A stretch of 64,000 nt of DNA, from the NCBI RefSeq assembly GCF_009914755.1, contig NC_060946.1; one strand, written 5' to 3'. Below, one piece after another: positions 32,815 through 47,627 of this stretch (position 1 is its first letter; every line of letters begins with the position of its first letter). Below the pieces are notes generated by a model, which had not been told where the DNA came from, did no database searches, and saw only the letters and a list, made by a program, of their open reading frames with translations. Both the position numbers and the translations under genes were made by a program. The DNA comes from the human T2T-CHM13v2.0 reference genome, Homo sapiens.

Positions 32815-33098
32815 TTTTTTTTTTGAGAAGTTGTTTTGCTCTTGTTGCACAGGCTGGAGGGCAGTGGTGCAATCTTGGCTCACCACAACCTCCCCCTCCT
32901 GGGTTCAAGCGATTCTCCTGCCTCAGCTGCCCAGGTAGCTGGGATTACAGGCATGCACCACCACGCCCGGCTAATTTTAAGTAGAGACGGGGTTTCTCCA
33001 TGTTGGTCAGGCTGGTCTCGAACTTCCAACCTCGGCAATCTGCCCGCCTCGGCCTCCCAAAGTGCTGGGATTACAGAAGTGAGCCACCGTGCCCGGTC
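32815..33098 (-). mobile_element. AluSp-type
   Basis: gctcttgttgc, ggggtttctccatgttggtcaggctgg diagnostics. Confidence 0.92.
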
Positions 33099-33574
33099 AA
33101 TAAGGAACATTCTCACAAACAAAAGCAAGAGTGACTGAAAACGGAGAGTTTGGTAATATGGAGGAAGAAGACTTTGTGTATTGGTATGGGGACATAGTTG
33201 GTTCAGGGGAGAATGAAAATACAGACCTCTCCATAGATAAGGTCATAGAAGAGCTAGGATCTGAAGTAGGAACTAGAATTTGCTGAGACCATGTGTGCTC
33301 ACATGTGCATGTGGTGGGCTCTATTTAGCCAGGAAATAGGGAAGAAGAAGATCCTCGCTGTCCCACGCACTTATGGCTTGCTTTAATTTTTAAGACATCT
33401 AAGCTAAGCTTCATTTAAGACATGAAGCTAAGCTTTTTGCTATCCCCTGACTCATTCCGTTCCAAAAGTTTAATGTGAGTACACCAAACCCTGCCAATCA
33501 AATAGTAAGCCCCTTGCAGGCAAGGATTATATCAAAAGCTCTGACTGCTAAATACCTACCTCCCTGTGTGTTTT

Positions 33575-35120
33575 TTAACTTTACAGTTATTTTCATTTTG
33601 AAATTATAGACTCTCAAGAAGTTGCAAAAATAGTACAGAGAGGTCCTGTGTACCCTTCATCCAGTTTCCTCCCAATGGTGATAATTTATATAACTATAAT
33701 TATCAAAATCATGAAAGTAACATCAGCAAGATACAATTAATTAGACCACAGACCTTATTCAGATTTTATTAGTTCTTGCATACATTCAGGCTTTTTTGTA
33801 TTTGTGTGTAGTTCTATGAAATATTATCACATGTACAGATTTGTGCAACCACCATCACAATCAAGATACAGAACTGTTCTATCATCCCGAAGAAACTCCA
33901 TTATGCTACCCCATTATACTCACACCCCACCCTAGTCCCTGGCAACCACTGATCTTTTCCTATGCTCTATAATTCTGTCATTGGGAGAAGGTTGTACAAA
34001 CAGAACCATATAGTCTCTAACCTTTTGAGACTGGCTTTTTGCACTCAACGTAATAGCCTTTAGCCCCATCTCAGTTATTGCACGCATCAAGTTCATTCCT
34101 TTTTCTCGCTGAGTAGTGTTCAACTGCAAGGATATACATTTTGTTCATTCATTCACCTGTTAAGGACTTTGGGGTAGTTTATAAGTTTTGAGCTATTACA
34201 AATAAAACTCTTAAAAAGATTTGTGTATAGGTATTTCTATAAACACAAGTTTCCATTTTTCTGGAAGTGTGACTTCTGGATCATACGGTGATATGGTTTG
34301 GCTGTGTCCCCACCCAAATCTCAACTTGAATTTTATCTCCCAGAATTCCCATGTGTTGTGGGAGGGACCCGGGGGAGGTAAATGAGTCATGGGGGCCAGT
34401 CTTTCCCATGCTATTCTCATGATAGTGAGTAAGTCTCACAAGATCTGAAGTGTTTATCAGGGGTTTCCGCTTTTGCTTCTTCCTCATTTCTCTCTTGCCG
34501 CCGCCATGTAAGAAGTGCCTTTTGCCTCGCACCATGATTCTGGGGCCTCCCCAGACATGTGGTACTGTAAGTCCAATTAAAACTCTTTTTCTTCCCAGTC
34601 TCAGGTATGTCTTTATCAGCCGCATGAAAATGTACTAATACATATGGTATATATTTAACTTTTTAAGAAATTGACAGATGGTCATACCATATTACATTCC
34701 CACCAAAGACACAGTTTCTCTGCAACCTCACCAGCATCTGATATTGCCAGCAAATTTTATTGTATTCATTCTAATAGGTGTGTAATGGTAGCTAATTATG
34801 GTCTTAATTTATATTTCCCTGATGTTGTTGAGCATCTTTTCATGCGCTTATTTCCCATCTGTGTATTTTCCTTGGTGACATGTCTAAGTCTTTTGCCCAT
34901 TTTCTAATTGGATTGTTTGGTTTTTAATGTTGAGTCTGGAGAGATTTTTATATATTCAGGATACGAGTCCTCTGTCAAATGTGTCATTTACACACATTTC
35001 TCCCAGTCAGTGGCGTCTCTTTTCACCCTCTTAACAGATTCTCCTACAAAGCCACATTTTAAACTGTGATTAATTCCAGTTCATCCATTTTGTTTTACGA
35101 ATTGTGCTTTTGGTGTTCCA
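33575..35120 (-). mobile_element. L1M (L1MC/MD-like) fragment interrupted by THE1A
   Basis: gaagttgcaaaaatagtacagagaggtcctgtgtacccttca; ccctggcaaccactgatc; gatgttgttgagcatcttttcatg. Confidence 0.8.
34289..34642 (+). mobile_element. THE1A solo LTR
   Basis: tgatatggtttggctgtgtccccacccaaatctcaacttgaatt...ggggtttccgcttttgcttcttcctcatt...taataca; TSD tacgg/tatgg. Confidence 0.93.
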
Positions 35121-36869
35121 ACTCCTTTTAAAATCCAAGATCAGAAGAGGTACCTGGACAAATTACCTGATACCCCCCGCTTCCCCAGTGACTAGTTTCC
35201 TCATATGTAACACAGGGAAGATAATTATGGCATCTACTTCATAAGTTGTATCAAAAGAGTAAAGCTATATACGCACTTAAAACACTGTCTGACACCCCTA
35301 GTGTTTGCTGTTACTATTTTTACTAATGAAAATAATATCTTCATTTGTTCAGACTACCTTATGAAAGTCCTCTGAAAAAATGCCTGATAACTAACTCTGG
35401 AGAAAAAAAAAAAAAGAGGGGTTAACAATCACATGTGCAAAGGAATGATTTGGTTGAGAGGGAGATGACTAATGAATCCTCTGAACACAGGTATCATGCC
35501 AAGTTTCTCAAATAAAAGGTAAATCAGAAACAAAAGAAATTCTGACCCCAGGCAGAGCCAAAAATAAAAGTAATAATTTGCCTCCCCCAACTCACAGCTG
35601 CTGACTCCATAAGCACTTATTCCCACTGCAAATGGCTCAGAACAGCAAGGGAAGCACTACAGAGATGGCTTCAGTCCCATCATCACTTAGAGAAGAGCTC
35701 TTAGGCCCTGCTGAATGTTCCAGACTAGACAGGCTGGGAGTCTTCCTTTGATTATCACTGGCAGGTGAATGAAGGCAGCTGCCACCTACCTTTAGGAATG
35801 GTTATGTCCCTAATTGTGTATTAAAGATGGCTCTGAGTAATCTTAAAGCCAAATGAAAAGAATATTTTAAATTAACCTTCGGGGAACTCACAGGAGGAGG
35901 TTTTCTTCCCCGTTCTGGTTATGAAGACAGGGACACAGGACATCTCCTGCACTGATCTCTTTGTATGGACAATATGCTTAGATATACAGTAGGTAAGGTG
36001 ACAAGTAACTCTTATTTGTCACCCTGCCCCTCTCCCCACTCAACCCACCAAGGTGAATTGGGCATGTGTACCTGTGTATCCCTAGAAAGAATTGTGCACT
36101 TCTATCTAGGAATAAATATTTATTCCCAGGTCTATCTCCCTCTCCCTAAACAATACCACCAGGGTACGGATTCATTAGTCATCTCCCACCCAACCAAATC
36201 CTTCCTTTGCACAAGAGGGCAGGGACCCTACTCAATTCACCCCAGTACTTCAGTGCCTTGAACACAGCCTAACACATAATCAAAGCTCATGAATGTAACA
36301 AGCTGCCTGGCAAGGCTGGACAGATAGATGGGTGGGTGAGTGGGTAGACAGACAATTGGATGGACAGGAAGATGGGTGGATAGATCAACACACAAATGAA
36401 AGCTAAAAGATGACGACGGATACCAAGGAAGATCAAAATATTCTTTCTCAACACCAGCAAAGTCCACCAATGCCTTAAAGTCACTTCTCTAACTCCCCCA
36501 AGACAGCATTCATGACCCTCCTCTTAATAAAAGCTACTATTACATTATGGAATTGGTAGAGCACTCATTTCCCTCAATGTTCTAGGGGTTCTGCTTCTAT
36601 ACAACTTCTATACAACTTACATTTCCTATCTCAATTGAGCTTCAGAGACTTCATCTCTGTAGCTTCCATATTGCCTGATATCTGGAAATGTCTTGGGAAC
36701 GAGTTACTCCTGGACACATTTGGTGGTTTGACTCAGTTTCTAAGGCAAACTGGAGTTTTACAAGTATGTTGTACATAGCTGGAATCCAGTAAATGCTAAT
36801 GGAATTCATAGCTCCGTAAGATGATATGACTGGCTGTTTAACAACACCAACAACCAAAAATGCAGAGGA

Positions 36870-37403
36870 GGTGAGGTTCAACAATTCACTAGGAGGACTC
36901 GCCAGACTCAGCATGTAGATGTGGCTATGACTTACAGCATCTCATGGCTATGACTCATCACAGCAAAAGGACATAGAGTAGAACCAGCAAAGGAAGAAGG
37001 TCTATGAGGCAAAGTCTGGAGGGAACCAGGCTCAAGCTTCAAGAGTTCTCTCCCAGTAGAGTCACACAGGACACACTTAATTCCTCCAGCAATGAGCTGT
37101 GACCACACGTGTGAAAACATGTTTACGAGGGAAGCTCATTAGAGGTTCCGTGCCTAGGGTTTTCACCCAGGACTGGTTAGGCAGGCATCCAAAATTGTAG
37201 ACTCCCAGAAGGAAAACAGATGTTCAGAATAAACTATATTGTTTGCATCAACAGTTTAAGCACAGTGACCCAGTCTTATCGGGTCTGAGAATGATGGGAA
37301 CCCTCCTAAAATCCAAGTCCCCAGATGCCAGCCAAAGCCAACCTCGTAAGCAGGCCTGTTGAAGGATGGCAGTCAGGATTGTTATGTTAACTGTCTTCTG
37401 TAC
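36870..37403 (-). mobile_element. MER21 (A/B-type) LTR
   Basis: Reverse complement reads cagaa..gttaacata.ca..cctgactgc.atcctt...aggcctgctt..aggttggc..tggctggcatctggg.acttggatttt.ggagggttccca, matching the recalled MER21 5' end. Confidence 0.75.
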
Positions 37404-38199
37404 TCTCTTGTTTATACAGAAGAGAATTAACACAGCAATCCTGGCTGCCATCCTGTACTCTCCTCCCTATACAGAAGAGAACATAGCAATCCTGACTGCC
37501 ATCCTTAGAAAGGCCTGCTTAACATAACTTTTTGGGAAGTTAGTCAGTGATTCCACTAATGCTGCCTTTGTTGACAATAGTTTTGGATTTCTCTGGGAAT
37601 TGCCTTTAGAGCCCTCTATCTATCCAAAATATAATAAATCTCCAACATTGAACGCAGACTTGATCTCTAATAGCCAACGTATATGCAAAAACCTCTTTGG
37701 TTCAAACCAGAAGTCAACAATAAAATAATAAACTGCACCTTTCTACCATGGTCTTCAGGCACAAAGGGCAAGGACCATTTATCCATTCATTCCATGAACA
37801 TGTATTTGGCACCTTCTGAATACAAAGCAATTTGCAGGTTGACTGCTTGAGACGCACATATCAAAAGGGAGGCTGCAAGAGATCCACAGTTCAGCTCCCT
37901 GCTGCTCAGTAAAACACACACTTACCAGGCACACACCTGGCACCTCTTCACATGAACACTTTGCAGAAAGCCAGCTGCATATCTGTGTGTTTTGGGTACC
38001 TTGAACAACCTACTTTGATTTTCCCTGAAAGTTAAGACTAAAGTGCCTGGCTTAAACAAAAACAACAACAAAACCCCAGCTCTAAAAAATGACTGAACTA
38101 GCCCCCAATGTCCCCAGTGCAACCCAGGTTTTATTTTTCCAGAGCATGCAGAGAGTGCAGTCAAGTTCAGCCTCCTCTTCTCTACCATCATGCATTTTC

Positions 38200-38815
38200 T
38201 AGCTGATCCCAGTCAGGTTCACGGCTTTCAATGGCCTGCAAAGGCCAGCAACCTCCAATCTGTATCTCCCACCCTAACCTTGTTCCAGAACTCCTGGCTC
38301 ATATCCCACTGTCTGGCCCAATATATTCACTTGGATATATCGAAAAAGCACCACTCATTCAATAAGACTGAAACTGAACTCCTAATGTTCTCTCCCAAGC
38401 TTGTTTCTCTTGCAATCTTCCCAGTTAGAATATATGGACAGCTCCCGAACTCCACCAACTTCGTTCCTTTAGGTGCTCAAATAAAAAACTAGACACACCC
38501 TTGACTCTTCTTCCTCTGTTAGTCTCATATCCAATATCTCAGAAAATCCTGCTGAATATACCTTAAAGACACACCTGGATTTGGACTATATCCCAACACT
38601 TTGGCCACTACACTTGGTCTAAGCCACCAGCATCTCCTGCTTGAATGAAACAACTGTCCTAGTTTCCTAACTGATCTCCCTTCCTCTATCCTTGTCTGCA
38701 AGCTCTGCTCAAGTCAGTAACCAAAGAGATCTTTTAGAAAAGCAAGCCAAGGAATCTCTTTCCTCTGCCCCAACCACTCCAATGGCTCCCAACTTCATTC
38801 AGAGTAAAGACTCAA
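38200..38815 (+). mobile_element. L2 fragment
   Basis: tgtatctcc...ccagaactcc..gctcatatcc.actgtct...cacttggatat...aaactgaactcct. Confidence 0.65.
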
Positions 38816-38819
38816 CCCT

Positions 38820-39211
<392 letters not shown>

Positions 39212-39269
39212 TCACTGTCACTATGAACTTTGTCTAATGCCTCTCCCCTTGCTACATTTTATGATTATT

Positions 39270-39580
39270 ATTTTTTGAAATTTATTAAGCTGACATTCAC
39301 ATAAAATAAAATGAGCTATTTTAAACAACCCAGAGGCATTTATTTAGTGCATTCACAATGCTGTGCAACCACCACCTCAATCTAATTCCAAAACTTTTCC
39401 ATGAACTCCAAAACAAAACCCCACACCCATCAGGCAGCTTCTGCCCTTTCTCCCTCCCTCCCAGCCCCTGGTAATAACCAATATATGTTCTGTCTCCATA
39501 AATTTACCCACTCTGGATATATCTTATGAATGGGATCAAACAATATGTGATCTCTTGTATCTGACTTCTTTCTCTGCCCT
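39270..39580 (-). mobile_element. L1MB-like 3' fragment
   Basis: tttagtgcattcacaatgctgtgcaaccaccacctc; ccagcccctggtaa. Confidence 0.75.
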
Positions 39581-40081
39581 TTGCTAGAAATTAAGTTTAT
39601 GGCAACAGTTTTGCAAGCTTCATGTGAGGTGTTGGGAGCATCAGATACTGAAACCAAAACCAGAAGTGGGTAGCTGAAGCAAATGGAGCTAGGGACACAC
39701 GTGAGCAAGCTGCAGTCCAAAAGTCTGGCCTCCAGGGCAGCCTAGAGTCTCACCAATAAGCCTGGCACATTTTCCAGCCCCAGTGTTTACAGGATCTTCT
39801 GCAGGAACAACTCTTGACATAATCACATACATCAAGAGGACAAACAGTTCCTTGAACACTTTCTGAGAACATGGCTGTATCATTACATTGAAATTACCTG
39901 CAATGTGACATCTCCTCAACTATAAGCTCCTTGAAAACGGGGCAAGAGCTAATCCATCTTTGAATCTGGGTACCCAGAGCCGTGTCCAGGGCTTAGAAGG
40001 CTCTCAGTGATGCAATGATGCCAGCTGTGCTACTCGGAGGAAGATAATAAGACTCAGAGCTGACTTCAAATCCTCTTCCTT

Positions 40082-40690
<609 letters not shown>

Positions 40691-40709
40691 ACTTTCGTAA
40701 CCAGGTCTT

Positions 40710-41715
40710 TAGTTTTTTAAAAATAGACTTTATTTTTTAGGATCACAGCAAGATAGGAAGGTATAGAGAGATTTCCCATATACCTCCTGCTCCCACCTAT
40801 GCACAGCTTCCCCCAATCTCAACATACCCCATCAGAGTGGTAAGTTTCTTACAACTGGTGAGCCTACATTGATACATCATTATCGCCTAAAGTCCACTGT
40901 TTACATGACAGTTCATTTTTGATAAATATCTTATTGGTTTTGAGGAATATGTAATTACACATATCATACAGAGTAGTTTTACTGCGCTAAAAATAGTCTG
41001 AGCTCTGCTGATTCATCCTTTCCTCTTCCCAACCCCTGGCAACCACTGATCTTTTTACTATCTCCAGAGTTTTGCCTTTTCTAGAATGTCACAGTTGGAA
41101 AACAGTAAGTAGCCTTTTCAAATTGGCTTCTTTCATTTAGTCATATGTATTTAAATTTCTTCCATGTCTTTTCATGGCTTGATGGCTCATTTCTTTTCGG
41201 CGCTGAATAATATTCCATTGCCTGGATGTGCTATGGTTTATTTATCCATTCACCTACTTAAGGACACCTTAGCTGCTTCCAAGTTTTGGCAATCATGAAT
41301 AAAGTTGCTTTAAACACCTATGTGAAGGTTTCTGTGTGGACGTAAGTTTTCAGCTCCTTTGGGTAAATACCAAGTTGTGAGATTCTGGGTTGTATGGTAA
41401 AAGTATGTTTAGTTGCATATGAAATTGCCAAACTGTCTTCCAAAGTGGCTATACCATTTTGCATTCTGACAGCAACAAATGAGAGTTCCTGTTGCTCCAC
41501 ATCCTCATCAGCATTTGGTGGTGCCAGTGTTCCAGGTTTTGGCCATTCTAATAAGTGTGTAGCAGTATGTCACTGTTGTTTTATTTGCATTTCCCTGATG
41601 ACATACGACATGGAGCATCTTTTCATGTGCTTATCTGCCATCTGCATATTTTCTTTGGGGAGGTATCTGTTAAAGTCTTTGATCCACTTTTTAAATTAGG
41701 CTGTTCTCTTCTTGT
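40710..41715 (-). mobile_element. L1MC/L1MD-like 3' fragment
   Basis: atagactttattttttag...gatttcccatatacc...ccatcagagtggta...gagcctacattgatacatcattatc; tgccaaactgtcttccaaagtggct. Confidence 0.85.
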
Positions 41716-42328
41716 TATGTTCATCCAACTCCTTATGGGGAGAAAAGAAAGATGAAGCCTTGCCAGAGTGCTGAGACTCAGCAAGAACACAAAAGCAGCC
41801 CCTCCCTGCCCCTACCACCAAGGTGCTTGGCACAAATAGGTTGGGGGAAATCCAGATAGTAAGTCTTCTCCAGTAATATGCAAATGAAATCAAACAGTAT
41901 TTATGGAATGTTTACAAAGCACAAGGCACCCTGCACGACGCTGGGATCGTAAAGAAGAATAAAGCCCCGTATTCCCCTGCCCTGACAATGCTCACCACCC
42001 CACATGTGAGCCGGATCAATTTCACAGTGACGAGTACACTGGAGTTGCACTTCTTTGAGGATGTAGCAAAAGGAACCAGTGTTTCATGCAAAGTCTATCC
42101 TCTTCGCATTTTCCCATGAACTGTTTGTGAACTTCCAAAGCAGTAGTTGAAGACAGACCCAGTAGCACCATTAAACCTATTTCCCCCTCAGCCTCAGAAC
42201 CTGGGCACAAGCTCTTAACACTGTCTGGTGGGTCTCAAATCCCAGACCCATCTTCATCCATTCTTCTCTCCTTATTCAGAAACTCAGTACATCCCTCCCT
42301 AACCCCGCCCACCCACCCCATGTATTAA

Positions 42329-42636
<308 letters not shown>

Positions 42637-42921
42637 TCAGGTCCTGTGTGATGTATTTCCCTAGCCTCCTGCACTTTTCTAGATGGAGCTACCACTTATA
42701 CTTATGAACATACACAACTATATGTTCCATGCCCTCAATAAGCAGTGAGCTCAGAGAATATGCCTGTTTTGACCAGCACTGGTTCCCAAAAGCTTAGCAC
42801 AACACCTGTGCATAGCACATAGGAAGTTGTCAATAAATATGTATTATTAGATGCAAGGACAGATGGATGAATAGTCTGAATTTCCAGAGAGGTGTGGGCC
42901 TCACATTCTGCATGTCTAAAC

Positions 42922-43383
42922 CAGCACTTTCCAATGGAAATATTATATAATGCTAGTTAGCCACATGTATAGTTTTTCATTTTCTAGCAGCCACATTTTA
43001 AAAAGAGCTAACAGGTGAAACTAATTTAAATAATATACCTTATTTCCTCCAATGTATGAAAATATTATTTCAACATATCATCAATATAAAAATAACCAAT
43101 GAGATATTTTATAGTTTTCCATACTAAATATTCAAGATCAGATGCATATTTTACACTTAAGTACATCTCAATTGGGGTGCTAAATTTTCAATGACTGAAG
43201 TGAAATAGTACCTCCAAAACCAGAAGCTTGTGTTAAAAAAAAAAACAAAAAAACTTTACACTGCTTCACTTTTTAGATGTAATAAAGATTTTACAATTTG
43301 CAGTTCAGTTCCTCAGTGGTACTAGCCACATTTCAAGCACTTGTAGTTATAGGCGGGTGTTGCTACCACCCAGGAGAGCACAG
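42922..43383 (+). mobile_element. MER33/Charlie1-related hAT derivative
   Basis: cagcactttccaatggaaatat...tttctagcagccacatt...acaggtgaaa...ttcagttcctcagt...actagccacatttcaag. Confidence 0.75.
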
Positions 43384-43469
43384 AAAAAAAACTACAGTAG
43401 TCTGAAAGCAACAGACACCAGATCTCTCACTCTGAACAAGACACAGCATGGGGGATGGGAAGAGAACTA

Positions 43470-43680
43470 ACATTTATTATGACAAAATTATAAAACTTTT
43501 CAACCCATTGTCTCATGGAATATGTAACAATCCTATAAAATAGGTATTGCTGTTTTCACGTTTGCAGGTAAAGAAATTGGTTGAGAGAGTTTACACTGAC
43601 CAAGATCATATAGCTAGCAAGTGCTGGTCAGGATCTGAACCAAGGACTGGCTGAACCCAAAGCCATAGCCCGATACTCTT
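43470..43680 (-). mobile_element. MIR fragment
   Basis: aacaatcctat...taggtattg...ccaagatcatatagctagcaagtg...ggatctgaacc. Confidence 0.65.
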
Positions 43681-43784
43681 GGTCCCACAGTACTCTCTGG
43701 ACCTCCGCTGAAGGCAACAAAATCTCCCTCTTGACTCCCCAGAAGCAAATTACATAAGGCACATGAATCCAAGATTCTACCATG

Positions 43785-44402
<618 letters not shown>

Positions 44403-46425
44403 AAACATGATTAATGCGTGAGTGGAAGATGGGTAAATTGGGTGTTCAGGGAAAAGTGGGTGATTCTGAGCTCTTGCTTATGTTAACTGCAATAACCCTG
44501 CAGTCTGCTCCTCCATAAAGTCAGTCAAAAGGCTATTAGACCACCAGCTGTGGTGGGGTCTGGTTTCATCCCTACTGGTATTACTGTATTTCTTACAAAT
44601 AGCTCATTAAGGCAATTATCAGTCATTAGCACAGTAGCCTGAGCAACAGTACAAGCACACACATTAATAAAACATAATTTAGCAGAGCAAGTAAAGACAT
44701 GAACAAACTAGGCTCCCTTGTGGGACGCTCGTGGCTGAAGAGAATTTCCACTACACTAAAGCCAGGCACTCTGGAGAAGTATGCCAATCTCAGCACCTCT
44801 TAAGTGATCATTTGCATGAGCTTCAGTTCAACCAACAAAACCTGAGTCTTGAAGGATTACTAGGAGTCTGACAGGGAGAAAAAGTTAACAGCTTTCCAAG
44901 GAAAAAAAGATTTCCCAAATATTCGCAACGTGGAAGAGCATGCTGTATTTAGGAAGTGGTAAAATCATGATTTGGTATATAGAGGTGGGGCCCAAGACCA
45001 GGAAAGAAGGCCAGAGCCCAACTGGGAACAGCTTTATTACGTCACGGTAAATTGTTCAAACTTTTTCTAGAGGCAAGAAGAAGTAATCAAAGAGGCTCTA
45101 GCAGGGAATGTCATGAGCTGCTCTGAGCCTTAGAAAAGTCATTCTGGCAGTATAAGAATGATGGATTAGGAGACACAGGAAGGAGGAGGCCGGAGCATCA
45201 GCTAGTGAAATACTTCAGGCCAGGGATAATGGGAGCCCAGCCCAGAACTGTGACAAATGGAAAGAAAAAGACCAGAACACAGGAAATGGGCTGACCCGGG
45301 CTTAGCGCTCAATTGCATGACCTAAGTAAGAGAGGAACAAGGAAAGGGGAAATTGGCTACAGAAAGTCTCTAAGGATGACTGAGATTTCCACCTTGGGTA
45401 TATAACAATGCATTAAAAGGGACTACTGGAAACTAATTTGACAGGTTCAACCCAGGTGGCAAATGCAGAAAACGATTAACAACATGTACACACAGACATT
45501 AAAAACTCATTTATTTTCCCACTCAAGGGCACTTAATAGCTAAGGTTCCAGGAGCACATGCCCCAAAGGGCTGGACCATGAAGTTAGGGCTATGCTAAGC
45601 TCCAGGTATGCTCTAAAACATATTGGGAATTGTGCCTGGCCTCCCCTGCTTTCTCACGGTTCTGACACAGCATCTCACCTGCCCAGAACTTGTGACAGTC
45701 ACTTGGCTTCATTTTGGACGAGGCTCTTTTTGACATGTAATGTCTTCTATTCGTTACTTCCCCCAGACACATGCACAAGTGATGACTCTCTCTTTGCATA
45801 CTGCGGTGCCTTTTCTCTTCATTCAGGTCTCCTAGGAAAACTGAGATTCAAACCAGAGCCTCCTGCTGTGCATTTTCCAGCCAGGGTGCATTGTCATCAG
45901 TGAGGCCTCACTCAATCACACATTCATCTTTGATCCGCCGGGTTGAAGGCACAGATGGCGCAGGCCTCACCAGGCCATCCTGTCCATCTATCAGTCCCTC
46001 TGCAATGATCCCCTTGGGGTTCTGGGCTATTACCAAGTTTCCCTTTGTGTGGATATTTCATTCCATAAGCACAGTCAAGCCTCAACAGCTGTCCAGGCCA
46101 ACAAAGATCAAGAAGTTTCTTCACAGTTTATTTGCTCATTCAACACACAGGTACTATGCCCTGACAACACGCCAGGCCCTGTGCTAGACAATGAAGCACA
46201 GAGATGAAAACCGTCTGTCCTTCAAGAAGTCCATAGCCTCCTCAAGGAGACAAAGATATTAAAAGACAAATAAAACAGAGATAATTAATGCAACTAGCAC
46301 TGTTTGCTTTCTGGTTTTCTCCTATTAGGTGGTACCAAATTGGCATATGAATACAGACTATTCTCTTAGTATTGGTTTAAATGGTGGTATGAAGTACATC
46401 TACTGCATTAAGAAGTGCCACTCTA

Positions 46426-46623
46426 GGCCGGGCGCAGTGGCTCACCCCTGTAATCCCAACTCCTTTGGGAGGTCAAGGCAGGTGGATCATCTGAGGTCAG
46501 GAGCTCGAGACTAGCCTGGCCAACATGGCAAAATCCCGTCTCTAGTAAAGATACAAGATCGTGCCATCACTCCAGCCTGGGCAACAAGAGCAAAACTCCG
46601 TCTCAAGAAAAAAAAAAAAAAAA
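46426..46623 (+). mobile_element. AluS with a large internal deletion of the right arm
   Basis: Left arm joins directly to gatcgtgcca...; TSD agtgccactcta at 46414-46425 and 46626-46637. Confidence 0.92.
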
Positions 46624-47412
46624 TTAGTGCCACTCTAAGAATCAACAAGCTTCCCCAGGCAAGACTGTCAAGCCCTAGTCCTGAGAAGCTTGTGGAAATA
46701 AATCAGGATTGTATGCTCTTTTGTTCATCTCCGATAGTCAAATGCCACAAGACCAGAAACAAAACATAGTTCCAGCAATGTCCCACACACACATCTTGGT
46801 GGAGGACAGATGTGTCTGACATCTGGGATCTCTTCTGCTCAACGGCCCACCAGATACATAAAACAGAATTGAGAATGGTGACCATCCATCTTCAGAAATG
46901 TTGAAGTCTTACTCATTCCCATTTGGACACAACCATTGAGGAACAACATACAGCTTCTGTTCGGCCTCGGCTGTGGGCTCGATGACAAAACACTACTGCA
47001 GGATGTTCCATCTTTTCTGCCTAGTAAAGATCTCATGGTGAAATCCATCTTCACAGTGAAGACAGGAAGCCCAGGTACCCTTGAACTCCATCCTTTTCTC
47101 CATCTTGACTGGTATCTCCAGTTTTTCCCAAACTCTTGCATTCTACGATGCTCCCAACTTCAGCCTTAAATACCTTATAGGAAAATCTCCACATAAGAAC
47201 AAACGTCACATTAGAACAACTCAATGAACACTGAACAAACATGCAAGGAGGGAAACAATTATTTACTGAGTGTTTAAATCATGCCAGAGATACTCCACAC
47301 TCTTGCAACAAGCCTAAAACGTAAATATTAATTTTTCCTGTTTAGAGAAAAAACTTTAAAAAGCATCACTGAAGTTAACTTACGTATCTCGATGGGGGAA
47401 GAAAGACATGCT

Positions 47413-47627
47413 GAGGCCAAGAGTGTAAATCATATCTCGTCTCCAAAATTAATATCCTTTCCATGACATAGTATTCACTCTTGTTCGACCATTTCAAATT
47501 CCAGAATGCTCTCCAAGAAAGGCTAGTCAGATGGACTGTCAACCTCTTCTAAGTGCCTCTATCACTCAAATCATTCTCTTCAACCTGACCTCGCCCCTGA
47601 AAATCTATCCCTAAAGCTAAGACACTG
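47413..47627 (+). repeat. Copy A of a diverged ~215-bp direct duplication
   Basis: Colinear with 50131-50345. Confidence 0.88.
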
